Shown here piece after piece: positions 63,237 to 64,000 of a stretch of 64,000 nucleotides of DNA. The position numbers were made by a program, and so were the translations under genes. Each line of letters begins with the position of its first letter. Within the stretch, counting starts at the first letter, position 1. The notes under the pieces are model-generated. The model saw only the letters and a program-made list of their open reading frames with translations, did not search any database and was not told the origin of the DNA. The stretch is from Botryllus schlosseri (taxonomy: Eukaryota): positions 21,020,001-21,084,000 of the forward strand of contig CM119371.1 in assembly GCA_051294905.1 (NCBI GenBank). Reading direction: 5' to 3'.

Positions 63237-63998
63237 CTATATTTCCTCGATCAAGCGTCTAGGTCGTCGTCGTATTCTTTGTGACGGAGGACGCAAAGGT
63301 GGCACTGTATTTTCAGTGTTTTGTCGCACAGGCGGCGCAGTATGTTCAGTGTTTTGGCGCTCAGGTGTCAATAGTTCATTGTCAACGTCCGCTACATTAG
63401 CGTTGCTTGGACTGAATACAGGTATAGGTATATTTTCTGTTTCCACTGGTGTTGGACTGGATGGAAGACGAGGACTTGCGAGACGACGATCTGGTGTTGG
63501 TGTCATGCTCGGTAATACGACTGGATCGACGATCTCTTCATCTTCCTGGTCGCAAAACCGTGACGCTGACAGATCTCGGATTTGGTCAATATGTCGCTTC
63601 CAGAGTAGGTCACCAACTTGTACGCGATACGTTGCAGGACCCAGCTTCTTGATAACAACTCCTCTTGCCCAGACTGAGGGGCGCTGTCGATAATCCTTGA
63701 CCATAACCGGATCGCCCACTTGCTGCTGACGAGACTTAAGAAGTTCGGTCGGTTTGCAAGCTGGATGATCCTTCTGCAACGTGGACTCCAATTGTGGGTG
63801 CACTAAATGCAACCGTGTCCGCAGCTCCCGTCCGAACATCGCTCTAGCAGGAGATATCTTTGTTGTTGAATGCGGAGTCGTTCGGTAGTGCAGCAACATC
63901 GACTGTAGCCTCCTCTTGATATCCGTTCCTCTGTTCGCTTCCTTCTTTAAAAATTCCTTTAAAACACGAACAAATCGTTCCGCAGAACCGTTGGTTTT
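63237..63998 (-). CDS. Gypsy pol, integrase C-terminal part (runs off the window)
   Basis: Open frame from the window edge: TNGSAERFV (catalytic E), YRTTPHSTT..SPA..MFGRELRT, W..G.V..LGP..Y.V...RHIDQ, basic tail. Confidence 0.92.
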   Translation of the reverse strand, partial: KTNGSAERFVRVLKEFLKKEANRGTDIKRRLQSMLLHYRTTPHSTTKISPARAMFGRELRTRLHLVHPQLESTLQKDHPACKPTELLKSRQQQVGDPVMVKDYRQRPSVWARGVVIKKLGPATYRVQVGDLLWKRHIDQIRDLSASRFCDQEDEEIVDPVVLPSMTPTPDRRLASPRLPSSPTPVETENIPIPVFSPSNANVADVDNELLTPERQNTEHTAPPVRQNTENTVPPLRPPSQRIRRRPRRLIEEI

Positions 63999-64000
63999 GG

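Larger units (their letters stand above)
50077..64000 (+). mobile_element. CACTA/EnSpm family B (right end not seen; extent past ~59400 is inferred)
   Basis: TA|CACTGTAAA start at the breakpoint of homology with 41522; CACACC/GGTGTG subterminal repeats 50077-50290; transposase and second gene downstream. Confidence 0.75.

Noticed and set aside
63316..63693. Plus-strand ORFs overlapping the Gypsy integrase
   Set aside because: Antisense shadows of the real minus-strand frame.

Overview
AT-rich animal DNA (invertebrate-like; spliceosomal GT-AG introns, no prokaryotic features) made almost entirely of deeply nested transposable elements. I see no clearly intact host gene. Left part: stacked non-autonomous hAT elements and a non-autonomous LTR retroelement (10022-17415, minus; non-canonical TT...TA ends) carrying a full-length intron-containing hAT (13103-16877). 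From 20833 the window appears to be one nested stack. A CACTA/EnSpm-type element (family A) contains an ISL2EU/Harbinger-like element, a complete second copy of its own family (29755-37576), and two Maverick/Polinton-like elements (39029-46027 with 238-bp TIRs and 6-bp TSD; 46653 onward). The second Maverick-like element is interrupted at 50077 by another CACTA/EnSpm (family B) with a nearly intact transposase (one in-frame TGA) and a spliced SAMD3-like second gene. That element carries MITEs, SINE pieces and the 3' end of a Gypsy element. Boundaries come from TIRs, TSDs and paralogous empty sites read by eye. Family assignments come from recalled motifs, not database searches.
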